From Okamejei kenojei (lineage: Eukaryota), in the NCBI GenBank assembly GCA_035221665.1, contig CM069133.1, forward strand, positions 35,526,001 to 35,590,000: a stretch of 64,000 bases of DNA. The letters are read 5' to 3'. The first letter of the stretch is position 1; every line of letters begins with the position of its first letter. A program made the position numbers and the translations under genes. Positions 61,904 through 64,000 of this stretch are shown piece after piece. The notes beneath the pieces are model-generated. The model ran no database searches. It was not told where the DNA came from and saw nothing but the letters and a program-made list of their open reading frames with translations.

Positions 61904-63431
61904 GTATGTAACATTATGAATATGCTTGCATCTAAGTGACTTAAATATAAATAACGTGATGCTCTTTACGTGTCGGGATGTGATTTATTTACTCGATAGC
62001 ATCCCAGGTGAACCAGTATTTGTTGCAACTAATGGCACATGATAAAGGAATGGTTATTATATTGTAGTTGATTGCAGCAATTTGATGTTCGGACATTTCC
62101 AGTTGCCCTGTCCAAATTACAAAAGTGATGTACTTCAAACTTAAAACAACTTTTGAGCACTTTGGGATATTTGCCATGATGAATGAATCTGATAAATGCG
62201 AGCATAGAATTCGTGCCGGCAGAATCACTGACACCGCGCAGGAACAGTACATCTGTTTCTCTCCTCATCTCAACTGAACTGAGACCTAACTGCATCCCCA
62301 GCTGGTATTAGCCAGCTCAGTTCAAACCAAGAGTAAATGTGTTGTCCTGGTCTAAAGAATCCGGCTCCCCGAGGCAAAACCTCGCTCACGTGTTAGGGTT
62401 ACGGCTCAGTCTCCAAAACCATCGTTCTTCTCGGGCTTCCATAGAAACGTAGAGATATAGGAAATAGGTGCAGATGTAGGCCATTCGGCCCCTCGAGTTA
62501 GCGCCATCATTCAATGTGACCATGACTGATCATCCAAAATCAGTACCCTTTTCCCGCTTTCTCCCCGCAGCCCTTGATTCCTTTAGCCTAAAATTTATAT
62601 CAAACTCTCTCTTGAAAACATCCAGTGAATTGACCTCCACTGCCTTCTGTTGCAGAGAATTGCACACTCACAATTCTCTGGGTGAACACGTTTTTCCTTA
62701 TCTCAGTCGCCAATGGCCTATCCCTTATTCTTAAACCGTGACCCTTGGTTCTGGACTCTCCCAACTTGGGGAACAGTTTTCCTGCATCTGTTCAATTCCT
62801 TAAGAATTTCATGTGTTTCTATGAGATCCACTCTCTTCCTAAATTCCAGTGAATATAAGCCCAGTCGATCCATTCCTTCTTGTTTAATCTGCAAGGATAT
62901 GATCGCGCGTTCCCAATGTCAGTCAGTTCTTGATCTCAAATACTACGCCCTTGCTTAGCATTTTAGATTCGTAAACCAAGCTCACTCTACCCCCCCCCCC
63001 CCCCCCACCCACCCCCCCCCCCCCCCCCCCCCCCCCGCCTCCCCGCTCCCCCTCCCCCGGTACCATCCTAGACGCCCACGTTCATTGGGTAAGTCGTACT
63101 GGTTATCGTCGAAACAAAATGTTTCACCTTCCACCTGTTGTTATTAATCTGCACCTGCCATTCGCTTGCCCATTTGATCATCAGATCAATATCATCATGT
63201 AGCCGAGGCCGATCTCCTCACTATCACACCGCCACTATCATCAACGATGTTGAGCGTATGCAATTCCGTGTCAAACTCAAATTTTGTTTTGAAGTAAAAT
63301 GTACGCTCTACAGAGTTCAGTTGAAGCCTCGATCGAAATCCCGTTAGTGCTGCCTACTAATGGAGAGAGTAGCGGTCTTATTGTACCATTAAGCTGTCCT
63401 ATTTTAATTGGTCTTCTTTCGTTAACTGCAG

Positions 63432-63465
63432 AAAGGGCGGAGACCGAGCCATCGCAGGAAGTTAA
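63432..63465 (+). CDS. Gene B candidate last exon: short cytoplasmic tail
   Basis: cttctttcgttaactgcag| acceptor; a phase-2 join gives RKGGDRAIAGS*; AATAAA at 63786-63791. No paralogous copy is available to confirm it. Confidence 0.5.
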
Positions 63466-64000
63466 GAAGACCATTTCCCGCCCACAATGTACACCATCTC
63501 CCTCCCCTAAAATCCGATCTACGACGAACTTGCGATTACAATCATTAGATTTATCCTATGATATCCACTGAGAACCTCATCCTGTTGATAATCCCGAGAG
63601 CAAATTACCTGTGTCACTTTGTGGGAATATCTGAGTCATCTGTGTGCCTCTGCAAAGCATTTGCTCGTAAATCACCTGCATGCTTAACTTTCCTCGCATG
63701 TTGCAAAACATACTTGGCTTATAAAGTATTACTGTGATTGTGGTTGTGATTGATTGTGATTTAAAGATTGTGCGTTATTGATGTAAATAAAGGCGGCAGT
63801 GGGAAGAGCTGTGCGTTGACGCGATCCGACTTTCCACTGCCGCCAGTGTCCAGGCCCGTACGAAGCTTTTCAAAAAGGGGGGGTGGCATGACAGGATTCC
63901 CAAAATTTTATGTGAAATAATGTGCATGCAGCGCACATCACAAGCTGGAATCCCCTCACGTCTGGTTCCAGGGCCCGCTTAAGGGCCCTGAAAGCTCTGG

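Noticed and set aside
63851-64000. Possible DNA-transposon terminal repeat (caggcccgtacg..)
   Set aside because: The other end is outside the window, so no TIR pair or TSD can be verified.

Overview
Repeat-rich eukaryotic genomic DNA, most likely from a cartilaginous fish (skate/ray; inferred from the HE1-type SINEs and the CR1 and Penelope repeat families). The host content is a small cluster of Siglec-15-like immunoglobulin-superfamily receptor genes that the ORF track misses because they are spliced. Gene B (+ strand, 51279-63465) assembles by eye into an open 327-aa protein: signal peptide, a Siglec-15-type V-set domain retaining the sialic-acid-binding Arg, a second V-set domain where Siglec-15 has a C2-set, a transmembrane helix with a central Lys, and a short tail. 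Gene A (- strand, 39584 to about 14992) is a head-to-head paralogue with several inactivating lesions. A third degenerate leader exon (gene C, 1649-1709, -) points out of the window. The rest is mobile DNA: a decayed HERV-I/ERV3-like provirus (2108-9722; LTRs, tRNA-Pro PBS, PPT), two DIRS tyrosine-recombinase retrotransposons (one with a nested near-full-length CR1), many CR1 LINEs, Rex1, Penelope and L1 fragments, SINEs, and Penelope-type hammerhead-like motifs. All family calls are by motif recognition, not database search. Long homopolymers, N gaps and frequent 1-nt indels suggest assembly noise, so single frameshifts should be checked against reads.
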